From Nanobdellota archaeon (GTDB taxonomy: Archaea > Nanobdellota > Nanobdellia > Parvarchaeales > Parvarchaeaceae), in contig JAJZMG010000040.1 in NCBI GenBank assembly GCA_021798355.1, positions 1-55,748 of the forward strand: a stretch of DNA of 55,748 bases, read 5' to 3'. The number at the start of each line of letters is the position of its first letter. The first letter of the stretch is position 1. The translations under genes were made by a program, and so were the position numbers. Shown piece by piece: positions 27,676-37,673 of this stretch. The notes below the pieces were generated by a model. It did no database searches. It was given only the letters and a program-made list of their open reading frames with translations, and had not been told where the DNA came from.

Positions 27676-28593
27676 ATGAATAGGTGTAAAGATAATATTA
27701 GTCTTGCTGATAAATTTAATATTTATTTTGAATTGAAAAGAGTAATCAATTTTAAAGCAAGATTTATAGAAAATGCTATCTCTATAAAAAATTTTTGGGA
27801 TTACTATCTTGTAAGACTTAAGTTAAAAAAATTGGCTGTATTACATCTTAATTTTGGGAAAGATTTCATCTTTTCTAATGATAAACTTAGTGATTTATCG
27901 ATTTTGAAGCTTGAGTTAAAATTACAAAGAAGTGGCTTTAAAATTAGAAAAGTGAGGAGTATATTTTTGCTCGAATCGAGAGATTTAAAATTTATTGTCA
28001 ATAATCTGTCTGAGTCTGGGGTAATTTTAGAAAATTTTGTACAAAATCAATATGACTGGTTGGATGCAAAAAATAAAATAGTAGTAGATATAGGTGCAAA
28101 TATAGGCGACACAACAGTCTACTTCTCTAAAATTAAGAAAGCAAAAAAGGTTATAGCATTTGAACCTTACCCCTATTCTTATAAAATTGCAAAGGAGAAC
28201 ATTAATTTGAACAAAATAACAAACGTAATATTGCTAAATGAAGGAGTTGGAGGGAAAGAGGATTATATTAGAGTAAATCCCGCTTTTGAAAACAGTGGTA
28301 GCGATTCACTGAAATCATTCAGTAAGGGCAAGAAAATTAAGATAGTAACTTTGAAATCTATTGTTAATAATTACGATATAGAAAACGGGATACTTAAAAT
28401 GGACTGCGAAGGATGTGAGTATCCAATTATACTCAATGCGAGTAAAGAAACTCTAAGGAAATTTGAACAAATAATGTTAGAGTATCATAATGGATATCTA
28501 AACATAAAAAGAAAATTAGAAGAAGCAGGTTTTAATGTCATTAACAATACAAATATATGGATAGGCCTCATAATGGCTAAAAGAATTGGCTAA
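27676..28593 (+). CDS. FkbM-family SAM-dependent methyltransferase
   Basis: 305 aa. VVDIGANIGDTTVYFS, VIAFEPYPYSYKIAKENINLN, LKMDCEGCEY: the typical FkbM-domain motif order. Confidence 0.8.
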   Translation: MNRCKDNISLADKFNIYFELKRVINFKARFIENAISIKNFWDYYLVRLKLKKLAVLHLNFGKDFIFSNDKLSDLSILKLELKLQRSGFKIRKVRSIFLLESRDLKFIVNNLSESGVILENFVQNQYDWLDAKNKIVVDIGANIGDTTVYFSKIKKAKKVIAFEPYPYSYKIAKENINLNKITNVILLNEGVGGKEDYIRVNPAFENSGSDSLKSFSKGKKIKIVTLKSIVNNYDIENGILKMDCEGCEYPIILNASKETLRKFEQIMLEYHNGYLNIKRKLEEAGFNVINNTNIWIGLIMAKRIG

Positions 28594-28793
28594 AAATCTT
28601 ATAAATTTTAAGCTCAAATAGATAAATTTCTTTTATTCCATCTAAATTTGTACTTCGTATATTATCTCTTGTTTTTGATTGTATAGTTTAATCTTCCTGC
28701 CATCCTTTATAGCTTTCTGCTGTACCACAACGTGGATTTGTTGATTCCCAAGCGCTTTCTTTCTGCAGGTGTTATGCTAAGTATCACCCTGCG

Positions 28794-29552
28794 TTAATAA
28801 TTTGTATTTTTTCTGGGCTTATTATACTGATTACTTACTAACTTTAAGTATTCGTATACACGCTTACTTAGGTACAGTGATTTTTTGCAGTTTGGGCTAC
28901 ATTTAATATACGGCAAAAAATCCTCATTTAAACCGTATTTTATGTATTCTGGTACATTTTCCAAATTGAATTTATTGGTCTTTTCAGTGGTTTGCGAAAG
29001 CCGTTGATTTTGCTTTTTAAAAGCATCTATGCAACATTTTGGATAACCAAATAGCCTTCCGAGTATTTTATCTATTCTTGCCCGCCCTTCTTTGGTTATA
29101 TAAAATGCAGTTTTATCACCCCCTAAAATTGTTTTTATGTAATTTTTTGCCTCTAATGTCTTTAAAGTACTTTTTTCGTATCTTTGATTTCCGTCTTCGA
29201 GTTTAAACAATAATTTTTCTCCCTCATTTAAATTAAATGTATACGGCTTCTTTGTTATAATCTCTCTGCAAAATCCTGTTATCTTTTTGAGATCCACATT
29301 AGTTTTTATCGATGTTATGCCTAAAGAATGCTTTATGTTATCTGAGACAGGTAAATATACAGGAGCTCTTTTTCTTGCATTTGTAGCAACTAAAAATATA
29401 TTCAACTTATCGGCTTCTACAGCATACTTGGCAAGCTCTATAGAAAGGACATTCGTATTTCCATTTCTTTTTTCTGCAATTTTATTTAAGTCAATGTGGC
29501 TATATTTTAGATTCAGAAACTCTATGATTTTTTCTTTATCGTTTTGATTCAT
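28794..29552 (-). CDS. Hypothetical protein with conserved-looking Cys motifs (GYPKCC ... CSPNC)
   Basis: The ATG at 29552 is preferred; the TTG extension to 29642 looks spurious. LFGYPKCCIDAF and PYIKCSPNCKKS resemble an archaeal DUF that I cannot name with certainty. Confidence 0.5.
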   Translation of the reverse strand: MNQNDKEKIIEFLNLKYSHIDLNKIAEKRNGNTNVLSIELAKYAVEADKLNIFLVATNARKRAPVYLPVSDNIKHSLGITSIKTNVDLKKITGFCREIITKKPYTFNLNEGEKLLFKLEDGNQRYEKSTLKTLEAKNYIKTILGGDKTAFYITKEGRARIDKILGRLFGYPKCCIDAFKKQNQRLSQTTEKTNKFNLENVPEYIKYGLNEDFLPYIKCSPNCKKSLYLSKRVYEYLKLVSNQYNKPRKNTNY

Positions 29553-29583
29553 TTTATTACCTGAATTTTTAGAAATTTGATTT

Positions 29584-30072
29584 TTAGCAGCTATGCAGAC
29601 ATAAAATACAAAAAGCCTCCCACACGCTATCATCTCTACCAACTATAGTAGCATTTTTTAACAAGTCTGTCTTATCTAACATAGATAAAGTAGCAATCAT
29701 AATGTTTGCATAACCTACACAATTTGCTGTTGGGTTAACATCTGAAAAATCCCTCGAATATATTTTATTCGATCCATAATTTACATTTTTAAATATGCGA
29801 TCATTTAATTCAGGTAATAATTTTTCATCGTTATAGCTTAAATCTAAACCTGATATTATTTTATGTATGTTGTTGGTAATTTTATAAAATGTATCGTTTT
29901 TATTTTTTGTAACAATTTTTTTGTCATAGCTAGATTCAAATAAATCATAAGCTAAAGAATGTGTATTTTTTTTGTTTAACACTATCTCATCTAAGGTACC
30001 TGTCATATATAATATATAATCCGATAGCAGTTTAAGTATATAATTTTTAGTACTAAATCGAGGCTGTTGCAT
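29584..30072 (-). CDS. Hypothetical protein. There is a weak transglutaminase-like Cys-motif resemblance, and it may be truncated.
   Basis: 162 aa. PTANCVGYANIMIATLSML...KNATIVG resembles the catalytic-Cys helix of transglutaminase-like proteases. The ORF ends 44 aa after the Cys without a clear HxW/Asp. Confidence 0.4.
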   Translation of the reverse strand: MQQPRFSTKNYILKLLSDYILYMTGTLDEIVLNKKNTHSLAYDLFESSYDKKIVTKNKNDTFYKITNNIHKIISGLDLSYNDEKLLPELNDRIFKNVNYGSNKIYSRDFSDVNPTANCVGYANIMIATLSMLDKTDLLKNATIVGRDDSVWEAFCILCLHSC

Positions 30073-30197
30073 AATTCAATTACAGACAGCCTGCAATAAG
30101 CAATAAATCAGGCAAATGCCTCTTATTCTACATGATATGATATAAAGTAGATACTATACTAGATTAGTGCAACTAAGGAGAAGATATCCTATACCTC

Positions 30198-30211
30198 GCT
30201 ATTATTTTTTG
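30198..30211 (+). repeat. Right copy of the 14-nt direct repeat GCTATTATTTTTTG
   Basis: Identical to 27300-27313. It is immediately preceded by CTATACCTCG (30189-30198), and CTATACCTC recurs at 30221-30229. Confidence 0.45.
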
Positions 30212-30330
30212 TTAACCTATCTATACCTCTAGAATATAATAATATCAATAAAAAGTTCTAATGCCCAATAAAGGTTCCTTTCCTTGCTTTTATAGTCCGT
30301 TGTTAGTAAGGCAGTATTAACTCCAAAAAA

Positions 30331-32262
30331 TTAATTCTTCTTCAAGTTTTTAACATACACATTTGCAGTGTTTTTTCTTTCTATCTTAAATGGTTTAAAT
30401 AAATTCCCATTTCCATCAAAGAACTTTGAAAAGAACTCAACATAAATAAGCCTTGCTCCCTGTATACCTCCTTCAAATAATGCTATCACTATATTGAAAA
30501 GCTGGCCAAATACTAGAATTATTACCCCTCCTATAATGAAGAGTATCGAGCCGCTTAGACTCGAAACGAAGATTAGATTTATCACTTGCGCAAGAATGAC
30601 TGAAGCAAGTAGTATGCCAACAAGCCTAGTATACGAAAGTATGTGGCTTATCACTGATGGAATCTCCATTAGAGACTGTGTACCTTCCGATCTAAGTACC
30701 AATGCAATACCAATCACTATTGCAACATAACTGCCGACAGCTTCTAAATTAGAAAATCCAATGCTTTCCTTATGAAGAACAGCCAAACCCACTATCACAA
30801 TTCCCCATGCGACCAAAAGCCAGCCTATTCTTCCGATGGCTTTCTTGATTTTTTTGTTGTACAAAGCATTAATAGCCCCAAGCACAAAACCAAATGACAC
30901 CATCGCTACTCCTATCCAACCCGAAATTAAAAGCAACGTAGAAACGTTTTTTGTAACATTAAATAATGAAGTATAAGGCAACGCAAAACCAAAATACTCA
31001 TTGAAAATTATCCCGAGTGCAATGGCTATTATAGAGCCTGGTATTATAGCTTTCATTATCATTACCAAGCTGTTTTTGCTTATTATTGTCTTAACAAATT
31101 TTGAAAGCTTTCTCGGCAAATGGCTTTTTTTAGGAGGGTGTTTTATCCTATGTATGACCCAAAAACTAAGCAAAAGGAATGTTGCGCCATAGCCTGCATC
31201 TCCAACCATTAATCCAAAAAATATGGGGAAAGCTATTCCGAAAAATATCGTTGGATCAATTTCGCTGCTTCTTGGTATCGAATAAAATTTTATAAAGAAT
31301 TCATAAAGTTTAAAAGAAACTGGATTTTCCATCTTTGTTGGTGGCTCTTCAGTCGTTTTTATCTTCTCAAGTATAAATCGATCGGACGTTAATCCATTCA
31401 GACCTTCTTCTAAAACAGGTATCTTTTTGCTTTCTACCCATCCCTCAATTACGGTTATATAATCAGTAGCGCCTATTCTTGGTATTATAGAGCTTTTTTT
31501 TATCTCTATGTCTAGATATTCTTTAAGATTAACAACAATAGCATAATATTTTTTTGACAACTTTTCTAGCTTATTATTTATAGTTAAAAATTTTTCTTTT
31601 TCCTTTTTTATGTTTGCTTGCTGCAAATTTGTTATTTCTTCTATTTTTCCCGTTATATTTGGAATTTTTATCAGGTTTATTGCCCCCTTATTGGCCAAGT
31701 TTGCAAGTTTTTCCTTATTGTGTTTCTCTATTGTAACCATATATACGGTTCCCAGTTCGTTAAACTCGCAATCTATCTCTTTTTTTATTTTTTCAATAAA
31801 CTGATCGTCTTCTTTAGTTTTTTTGAATATAAACGACTCTACTCTATTTCCATTCAATATCTTTAGATCATGTTTAAAATCTTTCATTAAATTTATTATT
31901 TCTAAAATAGAATTGCTCTCTTTTATACTTGCATTAATTTTTTCTTCTTCCTTTTTTATTTCATTTACCTCTTCATAGATTTTTATTTTATCAGTTTCAT
32001 GAAAAACCTGCCGAAGATTTTTTATATTCATATTTTTAGACTTTTGTTTTATCAGGTTACTTTCTAAGCTTCTTATTTTTTGGCTGTAACGGTTTATTTT
32101 ATCATATTCAATTTCTTTAAAGTCTTTTAAGACCTTCTTACTTTCGCTTTCTAGCACTTCTATCTGTAAGAAACCCAGTTCTCCAAGTAAAGTTATCGCC
32201 GTATCATAGTAAATTTTAGGCAGAATTAATCTTACTTTTTCTATTTTACTTGGTAGAAACAT
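30331..32262 (-). CDS. atpI: A/V-type ATP synthase subunit I (membrane stator, a-subunit homolog)
   Basis: 643 aa. Cytosolic coiled-coil N-terminal half plus a polytopic C-terminal half (LSYTRLVGILLAS with the essential Arg). Confidence 0.9.
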   Translation of the reverse strand: MFLPSKIEKVRLILPKIYYDTAITLLGELGFLQIEVLESESKKVLKDFKEIEYDKINRYSQKIRSLESNLIKQKSKNMNIKNLRQVFHETDKIKIYEEVNEIKKEEEKINASIKESNSILEIINLMKDFKHDLKILNGNRVESFIFKKTKEDDQFIEKIKKEIDCEFNELGTVYMVTIEKHNKEKLANLANKGAINLIKIPNITGKIEEITNLQQANIKKEKEKFLTINNKLEKLSKKYYAIVVNLKEYLDIEIKKSSIIPRIGATDYITVIEGWVESKKIPVLEEGLNGLTSDRFILEKIKTTEEPPTKMENPVSFKLYEFFIKFYSIPRSSEIDPTIFFGIAFPIFFGLMVGDAGYGATFLLLSFWVIHRIKHPPKKSHLPRKLSKFVKTIISKNSLVMIMKAIIPGSIIAIALGIIFNEYFGFALPYTSLFNVTKNVSTLLLISGWIGVAMVSFGFVLGAINALYNKKIKKAIGRIGWLLVAWGIVIVGLAVLHKESIGFSNLEAVGSYVAIVIGIALVLRSEGTQSLMEIPSVISHILSYTRLVGILLASVILAQVINLIFVSSLSGSILFIIGGVIILVFGQLFNIVIALFEGGIQGARLIYVEFFSKFFDGNGNLFKPFKIERKNTANVYVKNLKKN

Positions 32263-32579
32263 TATAATTTAAATTCCTCCTTTAAAACGTCATTAAATAT
32301 CTCTAGCATTCGGTTCTTATCAAGTGGTTTTATATCAGTAGCTTTTTTCTTTGCTTCTATTATCATTTCCTCCTTTTTAATTGCCGTTTCTTTTTCGACC
32401 TTTTCAATCGCAGTATTTATAGAATTATTTGCTTCTTTTTCAGCTTTTTTTATTTTTTCTTCACTTAATCTTTCAGCTTCTTCTAAGATTTTTTTTGCTT
32501 TTTCCTCCGCTTGCTCTATTTTTTTAGAGGATAAATCTTCTATCTCGCGTATTTTTTGTAAAGTTTCAAGTGATTCCAT
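32262..32579 (-). CDS. atpH: A/V-type ATP synthase subunit H (peripheral-stalk coiled coil)
   Basis: 105-aa Glu/Lys/Ala-rich coiled coil located between atpD and atpI. Its stop overlaps the atpI start (TAATG). Confidence 0.7.
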   Translation of the reverse strand: MESLETLQKIREIEDLSSKKIEQAEEKAKKILEEAERLSEEKIKKAEKEANNSINTAIEKVEKETAIKKEEMIIEAKKKATDIKPLDKNRMLEIFNDVLKEEFKL

Positions 32580-32580
32580 A

Positions 32581-33195
32581 TCAGCTATGTAATTTTTTTA
32601 TAAATTTAATAGACACTAATCTGTCTCTTTCCATATCGTCTAAACTTTGTTTTATATATTTTATTTTTGCCTTCCATCTAGGTATTATGATATTTTCTAT
32701 GGAATTTGTTCTTCTGTTTAATTTATATACCTCATTAAGTAAATTTCTCATTGCAGTTTCTTTTTCAGCTATTTCTACAAGCATCGAAAGAAATGAAGCA
32801 TACATGCTCTTTGCATCGTAAACCGGAGTTGGTATAGTCAAACTATCGCTTTCACTCATGACGTCGATGGTTTCATTAACGTTTATATTTGGAATGATCA
32901 GTCCCATTACGTTTCTAGCCTTCAAGCTTGCCATTTTCTCGCTTTGCTCCTGTGCTACTCTCTCTATTGTTATACGGCCGCTAAGGGCTTCCGCTATTTC
33001 TAAGCTCTCCCTGCTTCTATCCATGAATTTCTTAAGGTTTGTTTTCATGCTTTGTACCTGTTTTGCAAGTTCGAAGAATTCAAGAATAAGTGAAGACCTT
33101 TTCATCTTCAGTAGCTGCAGTCCTCTCCCAGCAGTTTTAATTTTTTTCTTAGTTTCTATCAATTCTCTTCTCGTAACCCTTATGTTTGTTTCCAT
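32581..33195 (-). CDS. atpD: A/V-type ATP synthase subunit D (central stalk)
   Basis: 204 aa. [35 protein letters not shown] signature. Confidence 0.9.
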   Translation of the reverse strand: METNIRVTRRELIETKKKIKTAGRGLQLLKMKRSSLILEFFELAKQVQSMKTNLKKFMDRSRESLEIAEALSGRITIERVAQEQSEKMASLKARNVMGLIIPNINVNETIDVMSESDSLTIPTPVYDAKSMYASFLSMLVEIAEKETAMRNLLNEVYKLNRRTNSIENIIIPRWKAKIKYIKQSLDDMERDRLVSIKFIKKLHS

Positions 33196-34562
33196 TTACC
33201 GTATTTTTCTATAAATTCAGGTTTTATCCTCTTCATCTCATCCCTGTCTATCATGCTTAATAGCTCCCACCCAAGGTCAAGCGTTTCATTTATACTTCTG
33301 TCTTCGTTGAATTCCTGTTTTATGAACCTGTTTTCAAATTCTTCTGCAAAATGTAAGTACTGTTTATCTGTTTTGCTTAAAGCGTCTTCACCAACTATTT
33401 CGGTTAAGCTTCTAAGTTCCTTCCCTTTTGCATAAGCAGCATACAGCTGATCCGAAACATTTCTATGGTCTTCCCTAGTGGAGTTTTTTCCAATTCCTTG
33501 GTTCATTAATCTTGAAAGAGAAAGTAAAACATCTACTTCCGGATATATTCCACTTTTATCCAAAGCTCTGCTTAAAACTATCTGTCCTTCTGTAATGTAA
33601 CCAGTTAAGTCTGGGATGGGGTGTGTTATGTCATCACTCGGCATTGTAAGTATTGGTAACTGCGTAACAGAACCTTCTTTTCCTTTTACTTTACCAGCTC
33701 TCTCGAAAAGGCTTGCCAAATCAGTATACATGTAACCCGGATAACCTCTTCTTCCAGGCACTTCATCTCTCGCAGCAGATATTTCACGAAGTGCTTCCGC
33801 GTAGTTAGTCATATCCGTAAGTATAACTATTACATGTGAGCCTTTTTCGTATGCAAGATATTCCGCGGCGGTTAATGCAAGTCTTGGCAGTATGACTCTC
33901 TCCATTGAAGGATCGGCAGCTAAGTTTAAAAATATAACTGACCTTTCCAACGCGCCGCTATTCTGAAATTCGTTTACAAAAAAGTTAGCGTCTTCACTAT
34001 TTATTCCGATTCCTCCAAAAACCACATAAAAGTTCTGTTTTTCTGCAAGTATCTTTGCTTGTTTTACTATCTGTGCAGCGAGTTTATTGTGCGAAAGACC
34101 AGAACCTGAAAAAATAGGTAACTTTTGTCCCCTAACTAAAGTATTCATGCAATCTATTGACGAGATCCCCGTCTGTACAAATTCTGAAGGCTCTTCCCTA
34201 GCATAAGGGTTTATTGGGTTTCCATTTATGTCCATTTTTTCATCGCTGAAAATAGGTATGCCGCCATCTCTTGGTCTACCTAACCCATCAAACACTCTGC
34301 CCACCATATCCATGCTTACTGGCATCTTAAAAGTAGTGCCTTTGAATTTTACTTTAGTCCCTTTTGTATTCATTCCAGTGGTTTCACCAAATGCTTGTAT
34401 GATTGTAACTTCCTCATTAGTTGCAAGAACTTGCCCGTTTATTTTTTTGCCGTTTTCAAGTTCTATCTCTACTTGTTCATTATAAGCTGCGTTTTTTACG
34501 TCCTTTACAAAGAGCAGCACGTTAGTTACCTTTTCAATTGTTTTATATTCTATTTCTTCCAT
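33180..34562 (-). CDS. atpB: A/V-type ATP synthase subunit B
   Basis: About 460 aa. [38 protein letters not shown]. The ATG at 34562 follows the atpA stop. Confidence 0.95.
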   Translation of the reverse strand: MEEIEYKTIEKVTNVLLFVKDVKNAAYNEQVEIELENGKKINGQVLATNEEVTIIQAFGETTGMNTKGTKVKFKGTTFKMPVSMDMVGRVFDGLGRPRDGGIPIFSDEKMDINGNPINPYAREEPSEFVQTGISSIDCMNTLVRGQKLPIFSGSGLSHNKLAAQIVKQAKILAEKQNFYVVFGGIGINSEDANFFVNEFQNSGALERSVIFLNLAADPSMERVILPRLALTAAEYLAYEKGSHVIVILTDMTNYAEALREISAARDEVPGRRGYPGYMYTDLASLFERAGKVKGKEGSVTQLPILTMPSDDITHPIPDLTGYITEGQIVLSRALDKSGIYPEVDVLLSLSRLMNQGIGKNSTREDHRNVSDQLYAAYAKGKELRSLTEIVGEDALSKTDKQYLHFAEEFENRFIKQEFNEDRSINETLDLGWELLSMIDRDEMKRIKPEFIEKYGKWKQT

Positions 34563-34563
34563 C

Positions 34564-36318
34564 TTATTTCTCCACACTAATCTTTTTTATTTCTTCTATG
34601 TCCTTTTCGATTTCCTTTAATTTAGCATCAATCTCTTCTTCGCTCGTGTACCTTAGTCTTGCAATTTTTGGTTTAACTTGTATTGATTGTATCCTCTCTA
34701 TAGGCACATTCCTGTCAAGAGCAGCTTTTTCTGCGTCAAACACTTGAGCTATAATTTTTAACATTTTATACTGCTTGTTAACGGATGCGTAAGTATCAAT
34801 CTCATCAAAGGCATTCTGCTGTAAGTAGTCCTCTCTTAGCATTTTAGCGACATCAAGTATTAGTTTGTCTGCTTCAGGCAATGCATCATATCCAACCAAT
34901 TGTACAATCTCATTTATCTCTGCTTCTTTTTGTAATGTCGCTAGTGATTTATCTCTAAGTTCTGGCCAGTCCTCCGCAATGTTTTTTCTATACCACTGGT
35001 CCAACCCATCAGTATACAATGAATAGCTGTTAAGCCAGTTTATAGAAGGAAAGTGCCTTGCATTTGCAAGTGATGCATCAAGTGCCCAAAATACTCTAGT
35101 TACTCTAAGCGTGTTCTGCGAAACAGGTTCAGATATATCACCACCAGGTGGGGATACTGCGCCTATTATAGTTGCTGCTCCTATCTTTCCACTCAAGATT
35201 CTGGCTCTTCCTGCTCTCTCATAAAATTCACCTACTCTTCTACCTAAGTACGCAGGATAGCCCTCTTCACCCGGCATTTCTTCCAGTCTTCCAGACAGCT
35301 CTCTTAAAGCTTCCGCCCATCTCGAAGTACTGTCTGCCATTACTGCAACACTGTAACCCATATCCCTATAGTACTCAGCAAGTGTTATTCCAGTGTAAAT
35401 GCTTGCTTCCCTTGCAGCTACAGGCATGTTTGATGTGTTGGCAATAAGTATGGTCCTGTCCATTAAAGGCTTCCCGCTTTTTGGATCTTTTAGTTCTGGA
35501 AATGTTGCAAGTATCTCTGTCATTTCATTCCCTCTTTCGCCGCATCCAACGTAAACTATCACATCTGCGTCAGACCACTTTGCAAGTTGATGCTGGATTA
35601 CGGTTTTTCCTGACCCGAAAGGCCCTGGAACTGCTGCCGTTCCACCCATTGCAACAGGAAACATCGTGTCTATGACTCTTTGTCCTGTTAAAAGGGGGAT
35701 ATTTGGAGAAAGTTTCTCTTTTACAGGTCTTGCCGTTCTCACTGGCCACCTTGTCATAAGTTTTATCTCCTCAGTTTTTTTATTGTCATCCTCTAATAAT
35801 GCGATATTTTCTTCTATTGTGTAATCTCCTTCTTCTGCTATCTTTTTTATTATCCCTTTTTTGTTTGCTGGTACAAGGACTTTATGTTTTATCAAAGAAG
35901 TTTCTTTTACCTCTCCAATTTCTTCCCCAGGTTCTACGAGTTTACCTTCTTCAACCTTTGGTTTAAAATGCCATTTTTTTTCGCGATCTAATGAATTAAC
36001 TTTTACTCCACTGCTTATGAATGTTCCTTCCTTGGCAAGTATCTTATCTAAAGGTCTTTGTATACCATCAAATATCGATCCAATTAATCCTGGCCCCAAT
36101 TCTACAGATAAAGGCTCATTACTATCAACCGCCTTTTCCCCAATTCTAAGTCCACTTGTATCCTCATACACTTGTATTATGGCGTTTTCGCCCTCTATCT
36201 TTACAATTTCTCCAACTAGCTCATTAGTTCCTATAAATACAATATTATTCATCTTCGGGTCTTCAAGACCTGAAACTGTTACAACTGAACCAGAAATTCC
36301 AATTATTTTTCCTTCCAT
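34564..36318 (-). CDS. atpA: A/V-type ATP synthase catalytic subunit A (no intein)
   Basis: 584 aa. Walker [36 protein letters not shown]. Confidence 0.95.
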   Translation of the reverse strand: MEGKIIGISGSVVTVSGLEDPKMNNIVFIGTNELVGEIVKIEGENAIIQVYEDTSGLRIGEKAVDSNEPLSVELGPGLIGSIFDGIQRPLDKILAKEGTFISSGVKVNSLDREKKWHFKPKVEEGKLVEPGEEIGEVKETSLIKHKVLVPANKKGIIKKIAEEGDYTIEENIALLEDDNKKTEEIKLMTRWPVRTARPVKEKLSPNIPLLTGQRVIDTMFPVAMGGTAAVPGPFGSGKTVIQHQLAKWSDADVIVYVGCGERGNEMTEILATFPELKDPKSGKPLMDRTILIANTSNMPVAAREASIYTGITLAEYYRDMGYSVAVMADSTSRWAEALRELSGRLEEMPGEEGYPAYLGRRVGEFYERAGRARILSGKIGAATIIGAVSPPGGDISEPVSQNTLRVTRVFWALDASLANARHFPSINWLNSYSLYTDGLDQWYRKNIAEDWPELRDKSLATLQKEAEINEIVQLVGYDALPEADKLILDVAKMLREDYLQQNAFDEIDTYASVNKQYKMLKIIAQVFDAEKAALDRNVPIERIQSIQVKPKIARLRYTSEEEIDAKLKEIEKDIEEIKKISVEK

Positions 36319-36319
36319 T

Positions 36320-36643
36320 TTATTTTAATTTTGTTATGTCCACCCCCAATACTCTTTTTGCTAAGCTTTCCAGCGATTCTTTATTTTCCTGCGTTTCCTG
36401 TGAAGGTATAAACAGCACCAGTGGATCAACGCTTAAGTCTAATAAATTGCGTTCATTCTGATCTGCATAGTCCTTTATACTTTCTTCGGCTATTATAAGG
36501 TTATATTCTTTGCTTTTTATTAATTTAATTACTTCATTTAATGCCTCTTTTCCAGATAACTCCATGGAGTTTTCAATACCTGCAAGTTTTAACCCAAGGG
36601 AGTCTCTTCTATCTCCTATAAAAATTATCCTTCTAAATTCCAT
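36320..36643 (-). CDS. atpF: A/V-type ATP synthase subunit F
   Basis: 107 aa. IIFIGDRRDSLGLKLAGI motif. Its operon position is between C and A. Confidence 0.85.
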   Translation of the reverse strand: MEFRRIIFIGDRRDSLGLKLAGIENSMELSGKEALNEVIKLIKSKEYNLIIAEESIKDYADQNERNLLDLSVDPLVLFIPSQETQENKESLESLAKRVLGVDITKLK

Positions 36644-37673
36644 AGCCTATGTCCACGACTTTCTTTTCTATATTATAATACTTTTTAAACCAGCTTAATC
36701 TTATTGTATCCCTCTCTATCTCTGCACTTATTATAAACGAAAGCGTAGCTGCAACTGAAAGAGCATTGGCTCTAAATATCTGCAAGTATTTGTCGTGTAT
36801 TATCCTTTTTAGTTCAACTTCGAAGTTAGCTATAAGTCCATCTTCTTTGTAAAGATCTAGTGCTTCGTTCAAGTCATAAGGCAAGTCCTTTATAAAATCT
36901 ATAATATTCATCTTCGCCATTTCATTTAATTTTTCAGTGCTTATTGCTCCGCCACCTATTAAAAGTTCCTTTGCTGGTTTTTTAAGCTCTATTTCTTTTA
37001 TAACGGTTATTATGTTCCTTAAATCTATTAAACCTTGTATAAATCTAAGAACCGGCCCCTCATTTCCATTGTAAAATTTAAAGTTTCTTAACAATTCATT
37101 ATAATATTCTACATCAAGCGCCAATGCCATGCCTGAGACATTTCTGCTTAATTCTGCAGATACTGAAAATGGCAATAAAACTCTGCCGTAATTATACCGT
37201 GTTAGGTAATTTATAACCTCTACAATATCCTTTTGTTCTATTATGTTTCTGTATTCTTCCTTACTTATCAGTGAGCTTGAAAATCCCAATGGAAAGCTCC
37301 TCCCTACTGTAAGTAAATTTTCCGTTATTTCCACGTTTTTTCCTACGAGTTTGGCGGCAAGTATAAGCTTTATGTTCTGTATGTCTATTTTTGACAGGTA
37401 ACTTTTTATTAATGGCTTTCCAATACTAGGCAAAACTTGGAGCGCGGATGTGCAGTTATTTAAAAAATGAGTATTTACGATTATATCTATAATATCAGGC
37501 TCCTTGAATCTATTGTAAAATTGATCGATTTCGTTTTTGTAAGAGGTGTTTGAAAGAACGCTTAAGAACTCATCTTTCTTTGTTTCCTTTATCCTATCAA
37601 TTTCATCTTTTCTTAAAAGGTTGAGATATAATGCTTTTATATGCCCATAAGCGCCTGCATACGTAGAGTCCAT
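36633..37673 (-). CDS. atpC: A/V-type ATP synthase subunit C (V0 d homolog)
   Basis: 346 aa all-helical protein. Operon position and N-terminal YAGAYGHIKALYLNLL-type repeat. Confidence 0.85.
   Translation of the reverse strand: MDSTYAGAYGHIKALYLNLLRKDEIDRIKETKKDEFLSVLSNTSYKNEIDQFYNRFKEPDIIDIIVNTHFLNNCTSALQVLPSIGKPLIKSYLSKIDIQNIKLILAAKLVGKNVEITENLLTVGRSFPLGFSSSLISKEEYRNIIEQKDIVEVINYLTRYNYGRVLLPFSVSAELSRNVSGMALALDVEYYNELLRNFKFYNGNEGPVLRFIQGLIDLRNIITVIKEIELKKPAKELLIGGGAISTEKLNEMAKMNIIDFIKDLPYDLNEALDLYKEDGLIANFEVELKRIIHDKYLQIFRANALSVAATLSFIISAEIERDTIRLSWFKKYYNIEKKVVDIGYGI

Larger units (their letters stand above)
27304..30211. mobile_element. Putative decayed integrated element or accessory island at tRNA-Gln (no integrase detected)
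   Basis: tRNA-adjacent and bounded by direct repeats. It contains three non-coding spacers of 372, 200 and 258 nt in an otherwise compact genome. Contents are an FkbM methyltransferase, two orphan genes and an HTH-like gene fragment. Confidence 0.3.

Noticed and set aside
29553-29642. N-terminal extensions in the ORF track using TTG/GTG starts (29642; also 12174, 13800, 17825, 22121, 34577, 41333, 43649, 44505, 48637, 8970)
   Set aside because: In each case an in-frame ATG lies just downstream of the preceding gene's stop, often with an SD or TATA at the right distance. The extension would overlap the neighbouring gene and encodes implausible sequence.
34564-36318. Checked atpA, rfcS, top6A/B, cdc48 and leuS for inteins
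   Set aside because: All lengths are those of intein-free homologs, and the conserved motifs are contiguous. No Cys/Ser...HN-Cys/Ser/Thr splice-junction insert is visible.
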